Virus record (IMG/VR): IMGVR_UViG_3300009545_000002
Coordinates: 9,388 to 73,387 of that record
Source of the DNA: a virus
Strand: one strand, 5' to 3'
Length of the DNA stretch: 64,000 nucleotides
In this document: positions 9,694-22,792 of the stretch, piece by piece
Numbering within the stretch: the stretch's first letter is position 1
Layout: each line of letters opens with the position of its first letter
The notes under the pieces: model-generated
What the model was told of the DNA's origin: nothing
Seen by the model: only the letters and a program-made list of their open reading frames with translations
The model's database searches: none
Position numbers and translations under genes: made by a program

Positions 9694-12600
9694 CTCAACA
9701 AATCGGCCACCTCGGCATCGGCATCACCGCCGACCCCTCGGACCTGGTCGGGGGGATGGACAAGGCTGCGATCGCCACCGAACGCGCCGCGGCGCGCATG
9801 GCGGCGTCGCAAGACAAGTTCATCGCCAAGCTCGAGAAGGCCGCCGACCGGGTCGGCAAGGAGAAGGCCGAGCTGCTGGCGCTCGAGGCCGCCCAGCGGG
9901 GTGTCACCGATCGCGCGCAGCCGTTCATCGACAAGATCGCGCAAGCCGGGGCCGGCCTAGAAAAGGGCGCCCACATGAGCTCGGGCATGACCCGCGAGCT
10001 CATCGTGCTCGGCCACGAGGCGGCCACCGGCAACTTCAGCCGCTTCGGCGGTTCGTTGCTGGTGCTGGCCGAATACAGCACCACCGCGACCAAAGCGCTG
10101 TCGATCCTGGTCGGCCCGGTCGGTGCGCTCGTCGCGGCGGTGGGCCTGTTCGCCCTCGCGGTCTACCAGGGCGCTCAGGAGAGCAAGGCCTTCGCCAACT
10201 CGCTGGTGCTGACCGGCAACTACGCCGGCATCACCGAGGGCCAGTTCAACGCGCTGGCCAAGTCCGTCGCCGCCGCCTCCGGTTCCACCATCGGCTCGGC
10301 GCGCGAGATCGCGCAGGGCCTGGTCAGCACCGGCAACATCGGCTCGCGGGCGCTCGCGCCGTTGGCCGCGGTGGCCGTGCAGTACGCCAGGCTCAGCGAC
10401 CAGACGGCCGAGGAAGTCGTCAGCGACTTCGCCAAGATGGGCGACGGTGTCGCGAAGTGGGCGCTGGAGCACAACAAGTCGCTCAACTTCCTGAGCGGCC
10501 CGCAGTACGACTACATCAAGCGTCTCGAGGAGCAGGGCAAGACCGAAGAGGCCGAGCTCGTCGTTGCGAAGGCGCTGAGCGACCACTTCGGCCAGGTCAT
10601 TCCGAAGAATCTCGGCTACTTGCAGCAGGCGCTCGCCTCGGCTGGTCATTTCTGGGATGACTTCTGGGACAAGGCCAAGGGCGTGGGGCGCGCGCAGACG
10701 CTCGACGACAAGCTGGCCCAGATCACGTCCCAGCTCAGCGCGAAGCCGAAGACTCAGCAGAACTCGTCATGGCTCGGCGATCCGCTCCCGCAGGACTACG
10801 AGAACTACCTGCGGCAACAGCGCGCGGCGCTCGAAAGCGCCAAGCGTTTCGCGGAGGCAGGCGCGGCCACGCAAGCCCAGTCCGACAAGGACGCCAAGGC
10901 GCACCAGGCTGCGTCGGACTACCTCGATGCGCTGAACAAGCAGATCAAGGGCGTCGATCTCCTGAAGGAAGCGCTGGCCAAACTGCACCGCGAGCAGGAC
11001 GCCTTCCGCAAGGACGGCGGCATCATCACGCCGGAGCAGGCCGCTGCGCAGGAAGCGCAGGTCATCAAGGACAACTCGCCGCCGGCCGGCCCGAAAGACC
11101 ACTCGCAGGATCGGCTCGAGACCGCCTTCACCAACCGCATGAACGCGCTCGGCGAGGAGGGCATCAAGCTCGATGCCGAGCGAGAGAGCTGGGAGCGCTA
11201 CGGCAAGGCGGTCAGCAACAGCCGGGCCGCGGTCGTCGAGTTCGACATCGAGCAGGGCAAGCTCGCCGGCAAGAACGGCGCGGCGCTGACGAACGAGCAG
11301 ATGTACGAGGTCTGGGCGCGCGCCTACGACGACGACCTGAAGCAGGAAGCGGTCGACCAGGCCAAGCTCAACGCCGAGCTCGACAAGCGCATCACGAAGC
11401 TGCAGGCGACTTCGGACGCGCAGGCCATGAACGCGCGCCAGAGCCAGATCGCGAGCGAGCTCGCGGAAGCCGAGACCAAGGGGCTCGTCAAAGGCTCTGC
11501 GGCCTACACCGACTACGCCGCCCGGGTGGCGATCGCGGTCAACGCCCAGGCCGACCAGGCGCTGCAGCGCAAGCTCGCCTCCGAGCAACTCTCCACCGAT
11601 GACGAGGTGAGGGCACTCGAAGCGCAGGCCCGCGCGCTCGGCATGTCGACGCTGGAGCGGCAGAAGGCCGCAGCGGCCCTCAAGCTCTACGACACCGCGC
11701 AGAAGGACATCGCGGCCAACCCGGACCAGGAAACGGCGATCCTCGCGGCGGCGACGTCGAAGTACAACGCGCTGGCCGCGGCCATGGACCGCAACCTGGC
11801 CGCAACGCAGTCCTTCGAGCTCGGCTCGAGCGCCGCCTTCACGAAGTACCAGGAGAACGCGGCGAACGCTGCGTCCTATGCCGAACAGATGATCGGCGGC
11901 GGCCTGAAGAAGACGGAAGACGCGATCGTCGCTTTCGCCGAGACCGGCAAGCTGAAGTTCGGCGATGTCTTCAAGTTCATGGCCGACGAGTACCTGCGCC
12001 AGCAAGCGCGGATCCTGGTCTCGCAAGGCGCGGGCGGGCTGAGCTCGCTGCTCGGCGGCATCGGAGCAGGCTACTTCGCCAGGAACACCGGCGCCGCGAC
12101 CACGGTGGCGAACGCGCTGCCCGGCGACAGCATGGACAACCTGATGAAGGTGACGGGCGCCTTCGGCACGTCCGGCGCTGCCAGTGCCGCCGGCGGCGCC
12201 GCCGCGCAGACGACGGCCACCGCCAGCCTGACGGCGCAGATCACCGCGGAAAGCGCGGCGACCACCGCGATGACCTCCGCGCTCACCGAGCAAACGGTCA
12301 CGCTGACGGCGTTCGGCACGGCGAGCTCCGATGCGGGCGCGCTGGTGCTCACCCTGGGCACGGCCGCCGAGGCAGCCACGCAGGGCCTCTATCGGGTCGC
12401 AGCGGCTGCGGCGGCTGGCGGCGGTGGTGGCGGCCTGGGCGGCTTCTTCGGCCTGTTCTCCGGGTCTGGCGGCAGCGGCGCCGGTGCGGGAGCGTCGACG
12501 GTCGGCGCCGATGTCATCGATATGTCCGCGATGGCAGCGAAGGGCCGTGTCTTCGATGGCGCCGGCATGCAGGCCTTCGGGCGCGGCGACGTGTTCCACA

Positions 12601-12938
12601 GCCCGACCCTGTTCCGCTTCGCGCAGGGCGGCGGCTTCGCCACGGGCGTGATGGGTGAAGCCGGCCCCGAGGCCGTGATGCCGCTGCACCGCGGGGCCAA
12701 CGGCAAGCTCGGCGTCGTGCTGAACGGCGGCTCGCAGCAGCCGCAGATCAACGTGCAGGTGCTGAACAACCATGCCGGCGCGCAGGTGACGACGCGACCG
12801 AAGAGCGGCGGCGGCCTGCAGGTGATCGTCGACCAGATCGAGCAGCGCATGGGCGACAACATCGACAACGGCGTCGGGCTCGCGCGCAACGTCGGCGGCC
12901 GCTTCGGACTCAACTCCGCCGCCGGCCTGGCGCGCTGA
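9690..12938 (+). CDS. tape measure protein (lambda-like)
   Basis: 1082 aa Ala-rich helical protein; LVLTGNYAG; C-terminal GVMGEAGPEAVMPL. Confidence 0.93.
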   Translation: MTQQIGHLGIGITADPSDLVGGMDKAAIATERAAARMAASQDKFIAKLEKAADRVGKEKAELLALEAAQRGVTDRAQPFIDKIAQAGAGLEKGAHMSSGMTRELIVLGHEAATGNFSRFGGSLLVLAEYSTTATKALSILVGPVGALVAAVGLFALAVYQGAQESKAFANSLVLTGNYAGITEGQFNALAKSVAAASGSTIGSAREIAQGLVSTGNIGSRALAPLAAVAVQYARLSDQTAEEVVSDFAKMGDGVAKWALEHNKSLNFLSGPQYDYIKRLEEQGKTEEAELVVAKALSDHFGQVIPKNLGYLQQALASAGHFWDDFWDKAKGVGRAQTLDDKLAQITSQLSAKPKTQQNSSWLGDPLPQDYENYLRQQRAALESAKRFAEAGAATQAQSDKDAKAHQAASDYLDALNKQIKGVDLLKEALAKLHREQDAFRKDGGIITPEQAAAQEAQVIKDNSPPAGPKDHSQDRLETAFTNRMNALGEEGIKLDAERESWERYGKAVSNSRAAVVEFDIEQGKLAGKNGAALTNEQMYEVWARAYDDDLKQEAVDQAKLNAELDKRITKLQATSDAQAMNARQSQIASELAEAETKGLVKGSAAYTDYAARVAIAVNAQADQALQRKLASEQLSTDDEVRALEAQARALGMSTLERQKAAAALKLYDTAQKDIAANPDQETAILAAATSKYNALAAAMDRNLAATQSFELGSSAAFTKYQENAANAASYAEQMIGGGLKKTEDAIVAFAETGKLKFGDVFKFMADEYLRQQARILVSQGAGGLSSLLGGIGAGYFARNTGAATTVANALPGDSMDNLMKVTGAFGTSGAASAAGGAAAQTTATASLTAQITAESAATTAMTSALTEQTVTLTAFGTASSDAGALVLTLGTAAEAATQGLYRVAAAAAAGGGGGGLGGFFGLFSGSGGSGAGAGASTVGADVIDMSAMAAKGRVFDGAGMQAFGRGDVFHSPTLFRFAQGGGFATGVMGEAGPEAVMPLHRGANGKLGVVLNGGSQQPQINVQVLNNHAGAQVTTRPKSGGGLQVIVDQIEQRMGDNIDNGVGLARNVGGRFGLNSAAGLAR

Positions 12939-12942
12939 CTCG

Positions 12943-13524
12943 ATGAGCACCGACATCGCCTTCCCGGCGCAGCTGCCGGTCGGGAAGCTCGCCGGGCACG
13001 TGATCGACGCAGTCGACATCTCGGAGCGCACCATCTATGAGGCTGGCGAGCAGCGCGTGCGCCGCCTCTTCACCATCGTGCCGCAGAAGGCGTCCGTGTC
13101 GTGGTTCCTGAGCCAGGAGCACTTCGACATCTTCGACGACTGGTACGAGAACACGCTGCTCGCCGGCAGCTTTCCCTTCGACGTCCAGGTCGCCGGCGAG
13201 GGCGTCGTGGGCGTCGTCTGGTACACGGCCAACTTCATCACGCCGTACACGATGGAGACGGTCGCGACGCGCTGGGGGCCGATGTACCGCATCGGCACCT
13301 CGCTGCTGCTGATGGGCGAGTCGTTCGGCTCACGCGTGGCCACATCGCTCTACAGCACCATCGGCTTCAGGATCGGGCTGAACGCCGCGCTCTTCGGCGC
13401 GCCGGTGGCGCTGCGCAGCGCCATCAGAGCCGACCTCTCGATGCGGCCGGTACCGACCGTGCCGTCTGCCGGGCTCCACAGCGAGTTCGACGTGTCGCAG
13501 ACGCTGCGCGGCACGCTGAGCTGA
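12943..13524 (+). CDS. distal tail (Dit/gpM-like) protein
   Basis: Follows tape measure; SVSWFLSQEHFDIFDDWYENTLLAGSFPF. Confidence 0.65.
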   Translation: MSTDIAFPAQLPVGKLAGHVIDAVDISERTIYEAGEQRVRRLFTIVPQKASVSWFLSQEHFDIFDDWYENTLLAGSFPFDVQVAGEGVVGVVWYTANFITPYTMETVATRWGPMYRIGTSLLLMGESFGSRVATSLYSTIGFRIGLNAALFGAPVALRSAIRADLSMRPVPTVPSAGLHSEFDVSQTLRGTLS

Positions 13525-13559
13525 CGGCTTTCACCATTCAACTTCGATAGGGGCAACCA

Positions 13560-13940
13560 GTGGCCATCATCCTCGGCACGCTCGGCGAAGAGATGAACCT
13601 GCAGATTCGCCAGGGTGCGACCTTTGGTCCGTTCCTCTTCGCCATGAAGAACCCGGACAACACGCCGGTCGACCTGACCGACTGCTTGATTCGCGGCCAG
13701 ATCCGAAAGACGCCGAAGAGCCTCGAGTGGACCGATCTCGACGTCAGCATCACGGCCCCGTCGCTCGGTGAGTACCAGATCGGTCTCAGCCTCGAGATGA
13801 CGACCGCGATGGATGCGGGCACGACGATCACCAGCCAGGAGAGCCTGTACGTCTGGGACCTCGAGCTCATCGATTCCATGGGCCTGACCACGCCGCTCTA
13901 CTACGGCACGGCCACGGTGTTTCGCGAGGTCACGCGATGA
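13560..13940 (+). CDS. tail/baseplate accessory protein (BppU N-terminal-like)
   Basis: IRQGATF, PVDLTDCLIRGQIRK, YVWDLEL, LYYG. Confidence 0.65.
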   Translation: MAIILGTLGEEMNLQIRQGATFGPFLFAMKNPDNTPVDLTDCLIRGQIRKTPKSLEWTDLDVSITAPSLGEYQIGLSLEMTTAMDAGTTITSQESLYVWDLELIDSMGLTTPLYYGTATVFREVTR

Positions 13941-14416
13941 GCGATCGTCAGGTCACGGTGCTGCTGCCGCCGATCATCCGCACCACGCTGCTGACGCCGC
14001 CGGTCCCGCGCCTCACGACGCTCACGGTCGGCCAGGGCCCGGCCGGCGCGCAGGGTGCTTCCGGCGACCTGCTCGAGCGCATCGTCAGCACCGCGATCGG
14101 CGGGCACCGCGTCGTCGTCTCGATCGGTGGAGAGATCTTCTACGCCGACGCCACCAACGACGCGCACCGCGGCCATGTGCTCGGCCTGACTCTCAATGCC
14201 GCGAGCGCCGGCGGCACGGTGCAGATCCGCAGCAGCGGCGAGGTGCTCGAGCCGTCGTGGACCTGGACGGTTGACGACCCCGTCTATCTCGGCACCAACG
14301 GCGTCATGACGCAGACCCCGCCGACCGCGCCGAGCTGGTTGCAGATCGTCGGCTTCGCGACCGCGACGAACCGTCTCTTTCTCGACTTCTTGCCACCGTT
14401 CATCCTTTCGGAGTGA
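13937..14416 (+). CDS. virion structural protein (cement/fibre-like)
   Basis: GQGPAGAQG; VLGLTLNAASAG; PVYLGTNG.MTQTPP. Confidence 0.55.
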   Translation: MSDRQVTVLLPPIIRTTLLTPPVPRLTTLTVGQGPAGAQGASGDLLERIVSTAIGGHRVVVSIGGEIFYADATNDAHRGHVLGLTLNAASAGGTVQIRSSGEVLEPSWTWTVDDPVYLGTNGVMTQTPPTAPSWLQIVGFATATNRLFLDFLPPFILSE

Positions 14417-14422
14417 TTGACC

Positions 14423-15025
14423 ATGGGTACCGCATCGAGCAAAAAGATCCTCAAGCAAGTCGCCGGAGCACTCACCGAGGAGGCGGCTCTGCTGACCTCC
14501 GCCGGCGCCGGCGACGCCAACCGCATTCCGGCGCTCAACGCATCCGGCGTGCTCGACGCGACGATCGTCAACGCGGTGGTCGTCAGTAGCGGCGCGGGAT
14601 CGGCGGGACAGCTGCCGCAGCTCAACGGCTCGGGCTTGCTCGATGCCACCGTCATGCCGCCCGGCATCGCGGCCGACGTGGCGGTCATCACGGCCAGCGA
14701 AGCGCTCTCCGCCGGCGACTTCGTCAACATCTGGTCGTCGACGGGCTTCAAGGTGCGCAAGGCCGATGCCACGGTGGCCGGCAAGCACGCTCACGGCTTC
14801 GTGCTCGCCAGCGTGTCGTCTTCCGGCGCGGCCACGGTCTACCTGAGCGGGCCCAACGTCGGCGTGTCCGGCCAGTCGCCGGGTGACGCGTGGCTGTCGA
14901 CGACGGCAGGGCAGGCCACCTCGACGCCGCCGAGCGGCTCCGGCAACGTGGTTCAGTCCCTCGGCTCGGCCACCAGCGCCACGTCGATCGACTTCAACCC
15001 CGGCCGTCCGATCACGCTGGCGTAA
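14423..15025 (+). CDS. virion structural protein
   Basis: Internal repeat (IPALNASGVLDATI / LPQLNGSGLLDATV); ASEALSAGDFVNIW, VRKADA. Confidence 0.6.
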   Translation: MGTASSKKILKQVAGALTEEAALLTSAGAGDANRIPALNASGVLDATIVNAVVVSSGAGSAGQLPQLNGSGLLDATVMPPGIAADVAVITASEALSAGDFVNIWSSTGFKVRKADATVAGKHAHGFVLASVSSSGAATVYLSGPNVGVSGQSPGDAWLSTTAGQATSTPPSGSGNVVQSLGSATSATSIDFNPGRPITLA

Positions 15026-15028
15026 GTC

Positions 15029-15229
15029 ATGGCGCTGAAGCCCCCTCTCGCCGCCTACGCCGGCGCACTGACCGAGATGCCGGCGACCGACACCATTCCG
15101 CCGGCCAATCTCGGCACAGGCACCACCGGCGACGCGACCTACGTGCTTTGCTCTGACGGCGTGTTCCGGCAGGTGTCTGCACTGGCGGCCACCAACATTG
15201 CCTACTACTCCTTTGCAGGGGGATTCTGA
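15029..15229 (+). CDS. small tail-fibre-like protein
   Basis: ANLGTGTTGDATYVLCSDG; translationally coupled to next gene. Confidence 0.5.
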   Translation: MALKPPLAAYAGALTEMPATDTIPPANLGTGTTGDATYVLCSDGVFRQVSALAATNIAYYSFAGGF

Positions 15230-15648
15230 TGGCCGGCACTTCGACCCCAATTTTTCCGCAGACGATCAAGAACTACTGCGCCCAGATCCTGCCCGCCGAC
15301 GCCAGCGCGGTGAAGACCATCGTCACCGGCGCGGCCAACGGCTCCAAGATCGAAGCCTTGACGATCGCCTCGACGGACACGTCGGCGCGTGACGTGCAGC
15401 TGGTGCTGACGATCAGCTCGGTGACCTACATCCTCGCGACGATCGCGATCCCGCTGAGCTCCGGCAACACCAACTCGGCTGCCGCCGTCGACGTGCTGCG
15501 TTCCGCGCTGTGGCCAGGGCTCGCCTATGACGCGAACGGCAACAAGTGCCTCTTCATCGCGAACGGCGCGGTGCTCGGCATCAAGGCGCTGACGACGGTC
15601 ACGACGGCCAAGGAGATCGACATCGTCGCGGTGGGCGGAGACTTCTGA
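15229..15648 (+). CDS. tail-associated protein (paralog A)
   Basis: Begins MAGTSTPIF, ends VAVGGDF; similar to 16530..16949. Confidence 0.6.
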   Translation: MAGTSTPIFPQTIKNYCAQILPADASAVKTIVTGAANGSKIEALTIASTDTSARDVQLVLTISSVTYILATIAIPLSSGNTNSAAAVDVLRSALWPGLAYDANGNKCLFIANGAVLGIKALTTVTTAKEIDIVAVGGDF

Positions 15649-16511
15649 TGTTCGGCACCGTCTCGCCGCGACTCAAGGGCGGCCTGAACCGCGTTCTTGC
15701 AGCGGCTTCGGCGAGCTACTACATCTGGAAGGGCCCGCCCGAGGTTGACTTCCTGATCTCGGCCGGCGATGCGCCCGGCCGCGCGACCTCGCCAGGCGTG
15801 GGGCGAAACCTCGTCTTGCAGGCCGGCACTGGTCCTTTCGGGGTCTGGAACACATACCGCGGGGATGGCGGCACGCTCTACCTTTACGGCGGCCCGGCGG
15901 GTGGCTCGTATGGCAATGGCGGCAGCATCGTCATCCAGAGTGCCGGGCCTGCGAGCTCCGGCGGTACGGCTGCCAGCACCATCACGATCACCGCGGGGGT
16001 AGGGGTTGTCGACGGCACCGGTGGCGCCATCGCCGTCACGGGTGGGCAAAGCGGGGCCCAGGTCTCCGGCGGCGGCAATGGCGGTCCTGGGACCGTCCAA
16101 GGCGGCGACAGCACCTACTACAACGGGACAGGCGGCGCCGGCACCGTCATCGGCGGTCACGGCGGCAGCACGGGCACTGGTGGCACTGGCGTCGTCGAGG
16201 GCGGCAGCGGCGGCTCCTACGGCGGCAACGCGATCGTCCGCCCCGGCTCGGGGAGTTTCCGCAGTGGCAACGTCTTGCTCGATGGCGGGCGCGGCGTGGC
16301 ATTGGCAACCAGCGCGGTCGCAGGCTTCGTGATGTTCCCGACCTGCGCCGGCGTTCCCACTGGCGCACCCGCAGTCATCCCGACCGGCTCCGTAGCCCTT
16401 GTCTGGGACTCCACGCATCGCCGGCTCTACTCCAACTCAGGTAGCGGCTGGTCCAGCAAGGTGACCGCGGGGCGGCAATTCGCATTGGCCAACCGCATCA
16501 ACGCATTCTGA
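15648..16511 (+). CDS. glycine-rich tail fibre-like protein
   Basis: Repeated GG-x-x-x-I-x-x-G motifs; TGATG coupling. Confidence 0.6.
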   Translation: MFGTVSPRLKGGLNRVLAAASASYYIWKGPPEVDFLISAGDAPGRATSPGVGRNLVLQAGTGPFGVWNTYRGDGGTLYLYGGPAGGSYGNGGSIVIQSAGPASSGGTAASTITITAGVGVVDGTGGAIAVTGGQSGAQVSGGGNGGPGTVQGGDSTYYNGTGGAGTVIGGHGGSTGTGGTGVVEGGSGGSYGGNAIVRPGSGSFRSGNVLLDGGRGVALATSAVAGFVMFPTCAGVPTGAPAVIPTGSVALVWDSTHRRLYSNSGSGWSSKVTAGRQFALANRINAF

Positions 16512-16529
16512 CCAGCAGAGACACCCCAC

Positions 16530-16949
16530 ATGGCTGCAAACACCGACCCCATCTTCTCGAGCGCGCCCGACGTGCAGTTCGGCTCGATCGCCTCGGGGGC
16601 GAGCGCGAACACGGCACTCGATGGCACCGGCACGGTCACCACCGTTTTCACGGCAGACGCGACCAATGGCGGCTTCCTGCAGCGCTTGCGCGTCAAGGCG
16701 CCGAGCGTCTCGACGCCGACCGTGATGCGGATCTTCATCAACAACGGCTCGACCAACGCCACGGCCTCGAACAACTCCCTGTTCGAGGAGATCCTGATCC
16801 CGACGATCACGGCAACCAACGTCGCCTCGACGATCTCGATGGAAGTGCCAATGAACATCGCGCTGCCGGCTGGCTACAAGGTCAACGTGTGCCTGGGCAC
16901 GTCCATCACCGGCGCGGTCTACGTCACTGCAGTGGGCGGGAAGTTCTAA
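16530..16949 (+). CDS. tail-associated protein (paralog B)
   Basis: Begins MAANTDPIF, ends VTAVGGKF; 139 aa like paralog A. Confidence 0.6.
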   Translation: MAANTDPIFSSAPDVQFGSIASGASANTALDGTGTVTTVFTADATNGGFLQRLRVKAPSVSTPTVMRIFINNGSTNATASNNSLFEEILIPTITATNVASTISMEVPMNIALPAGYKVNVCLGTSITGAVYVTAVGGKF

Positions 16950-16952
16950 GCC

Positions 16953-17927
16953 ATGTTCGATCTGCAGCACATGCCGGGGGTCATGGACCCGCGTGCTCCC
17001 CAGCTCTACGTGGGCGGACTTGCCGGCAACCAGTCGACGTCCACCGTGGACTGGCAGTTCTGGGAAAAGCCGAGGGGCATCCAATGGGTCTTGGTCTACC
17101 TGTTCGGGGCTGGCGGCGGCGGCGGCGGTGGCTTTGCCAATGCGGCCTCTTCGCAGGCAGGCGGTGGCGGCAGCGGCGGCGCCGGAGGCACGACACGCTT
17201 CATGATCCCGGCCGCACTGATCCCTGATCGCCTTTGGTTGCACCTTGGCAAGGGTGGCACAGGAGGTGCGAACAGCGCCAATGGCTCGACTGCAGAGGCG
17301 AGCTACATCTGCATGTACCCGCACATCAGCGCGTCTCTCTCTGCGGGCAGCCCGGAGACAGCCGGCGGTGGCGGTGGACAGACTGGTACAGCTACCACCG
17401 GTGGCACCGCGGGTTCCTCGGGAACGATTGGCGGTGTCGGGGGCGGCTCTCGCATCTTCTTGGCATCGGGAGCCAACGGGGCCCCGGGCGTTGTCGGCGG
17501 TGTGAGCAGCACCGGCACTAACGTAGCCGTCGCCTGGTCACAGATCACCAGCGCGGCAGCAAGCGGGGCCGGTCAAGCGGCAACGGCCGCAGCAGCACCG
17601 GGCGGCCTCGTCCAGGTCGGCAACAACACCTACATGGACTACTCCGGCCTCACTGCGAACTACACCGCGGTCGCGGGCGGCGCAGGCAATGCCGCCGGCA
17701 ACGGCAGTGCAGGGCAGGACGGGTACCTGATCTGGACCCCGCAGATCCGTTCGCTCGGCGGCGCGGGCGGCGGCAATGCGGCCGGCACCGGCGCGATCGG
17801 TGGCGCCGGCGGCAAGGGCGGTCCCGGCTGCGGCGGCGGCGGCGGCGGAGCTTCAACGGGCACCAGCGCCGTGGGCGGTGCTGGTGGCGACGGCGGCCCG
17901 GCCTTTGCGCTCGTCTGGTGCTTCTGA
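16953..17927 (+). CDS. glycine-rich tail fibre-like protein
   Basis: WEKPRG, VYLFGAGGGGGGG and C-terminal GGAGGDGGPAF, typical of phage Gly-rich domains. Confidence 0.7.
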   Translation: MFDLQHMPGVMDPRAPQLYVGGLAGNQSTSTVDWQFWEKPRGIQWVLVYLFGAGGGGGGGFANAASSQAGGGGSGGAGGTTRFMIPAALIPDRLWLHLGKGGTGGANSANGSTAEASYICMYPHISASLSAGSPETAGGGGGQTGTATTGGTAGSSGTIGGVGGGSRIFLASGANGAPGVVGGVSSTGTNVAVAWSQITSAAASGAGQAATAAAAPGGLVQVGNNTYMDYSGLTANYTAVAGGAGNAAGNGSAGQDGYLIWTPQIRSLGGAGGGNAAGTGAIGGAGGKGGPGCGGGGGGASTGTSAVGGAGGDGGPAFALVWCF

Positions 17928-17957
17928 TCTCGGCAAGCACTTGATCGCGCGCACTCG

Positions 17958-21053
<3,096 letters not shown>

Positions 21054-21064
21054 AGACTCTTTCC

Positions 21065-22783
21065 ATGCTTCGATTCATTCTGGCGATGCTGCTGTGCCTC
21101 GCTGGAGGAGGCGCGCACGCCACGCACCTGCAGAACGCCTCCTCCGGCCTGTGCGCGAAAGTGGATCTCACGCAGGCGACGTGCGCGGCATCGAGCACGC
21201 AGGACGCCGCCTTCGACCCGATGTCCGGGGGCAAGTACCGCATCCGCTTCGGCGCGGCGTTGTGCCTGTCGGCGAGCGCAGGCACGGTCGGCTCGAGCCT
21301 GAGCCTGGTGACCTGCTCGAGCTCCACGAGCCAGCTGTGGACCGTCTACAAGCGCGCCAGCAACAGCCCGTGGCGCCAGTATCAAAACGACCTCGGCAAC
21401 TGCCTCGGCGTCGGCAACAGTTCCGACGCGGCGGGCGCCGCGCTGAAGATCGTCAAATGCAACTCGCACTCGGCGAGCTGGACCACCAAGCTCGAATACG
21501 TCTACTCGCAGACATCCGCGTCGACGACGCCGATCTTCGTGATCAGCGGCGGCGTGATGGGAGCGAAGGCCTCCGGCTCGGCCGCCGTCGACGCCGAATG
21601 CGACTGCTCCACGTTCTCGAGCGGCGCCTATTGCGCGCTCGCCGCCACCCCGACGCGCGCGGCGCTGTGCCGGCCGTTCAACGCCCGCGTCAGCGCGAGC
21701 AACGAGCCGCTGACGCACACGACGCGCGCCGCGCCGAGCATCCCGACGCCCGAGACCATGGCGGCGTTGTCACTGACCCCCTCGGGGCGGATCGACGTCA
21801 CGAGCGGCACGCCAGGCTCGCCGCACATCTACGAGAACTTCGCGTTCATCGGCCCGGCCAACGGCTCGCCGTGCGTCTACGTGCCGACCGGCGCGCACGA
21901 CATCATCATCCGCAACAACTGGTTCATTCGCTGCACGGTGGCATCGCCGACGGATACCGACCTTGGGGTGCGGGACTTCGGCATTCTGATCGCCGCCGCG
22001 GCGGACGGCATCGTGATCACCGGCAACGTGTTCGAGAACACGTCGGTGCCGATCTACTCGACGGGATCCCAAGGGATCTCGGTCGACCACAACTTCTTCG
22101 CCAACTCGCTCGGCCCGACCTGGGGCGGCAGCGGCGTCCAGCTCGCCAACATCACCCCCGGGACCAACCCGTCGCGCATCACCTGCAACATCTTCGACGG
22201 GCGCTGGCCCGGCGCGACGCAGGTGCGGTCGACGTTCAACCTCGATCACATCAACATCAGCGGGCCCAGCCATGGCACGTCGAGCGTGCCGATCGATTTT
22301 TCGTTCAATCGAATCCTCGGCGCGAGGACGGGCGGAGACGACAGCGGCACTGGGATGCAGCTCTGCGATTCCAGCAACAACACCTGCGGCTATTTCAACG
22401 TCCACGACAACACGGTCGTCTACACGGAAGGCCACGGCATCAGCGTTTCGGGTGGCCATGACCATTCGATCACCAACAATCGGGTCGACAACCGCGGCGA
22501 GAACACGCTCACCAATACCGGGCCGTCATTCACTTGGCGCAACTACTATTCGAGCGGCGGCGGCATTTGCACCAACATCACGGTGACGGGCAACACGGGC
22601 TCCTACATCCAGTGGTACTTCAGCGGTGCCAACGAGGGCGTGCTCAACCCCCTTGGCAACAGCGCCGAGGAGGGCTCCGGCAGCAACGTCTGCACCGGCG
22701 TGACTCAGAGCGGCAACACGTTCAACAGCACAGCACTGACAGGCATCGATATGTTCGACGAAGAGTATCCGGACTGCGACTGA
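21065..22783 (+). CDS. signal-peptide protein with ricin-B-like lectin and parallel beta-helix domains
   Basis: MLRFILAMLLCLAGGGAHA signal; SGLC, LCL, SQLW, NCL ricin-type motifs; repeated I-x-x-N-x-F rungs. Confidence 0.65.
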   Translation: MLRFILAMLLCLAGGGAHATHLQNASSGLCAKVDLTQATCAASSTQDAAFDPMSGGKYRIRFGAALCLSASAGTVGSSLSLVTCSSSTSQLWTVYKRASNSPWRQYQNDLGNCLGVGNSSDAAGAALKIVKCNSHSASWTTKLEYVYSQTSASTTPIFVISGGVMGAKASGSAAVDAECDCSTFSSGAYCALAATPTRAALCRPFNARVSASNEPLTHTTRAAPSIPTPETMAALSLTPSGRIDVTSGTPGSPHIYENFAFIGPANGSPCVYVPTGAHDIIIRNNWFIRCTVASPTDTDLGVRDFGILIAAAADGIVITGNVFENTSVPIYSTGSQGISVDHNFFANSLGPTWGGSGVQLANITPGTNPSRITCNIFDGRWPGATQVRSTFNLDHINISGPSHGTSSVPIDFSFNRILGARTGGDDSGTGMQLCDSSNNTCGYFNVHDNTVVYTEGHGISVSGGHDHSITNNRVDNRGENTLTNTGPSFTWRNYYSSGGGICTNITVTGNTGSYIQWYFSGANEGVLNPLGNSAEEGSGSNVCTGVTQSGNTFNSTALTGIDMFDEEYPDCD

Positions 22784-22792
22784 GTCTCTCCC

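Noticed and set aside
10767-13034. Long antisense ORFs (also 1486..2946, 23478..25190 and others)
   Set aside because: Shadow frames of high-GC coding genes
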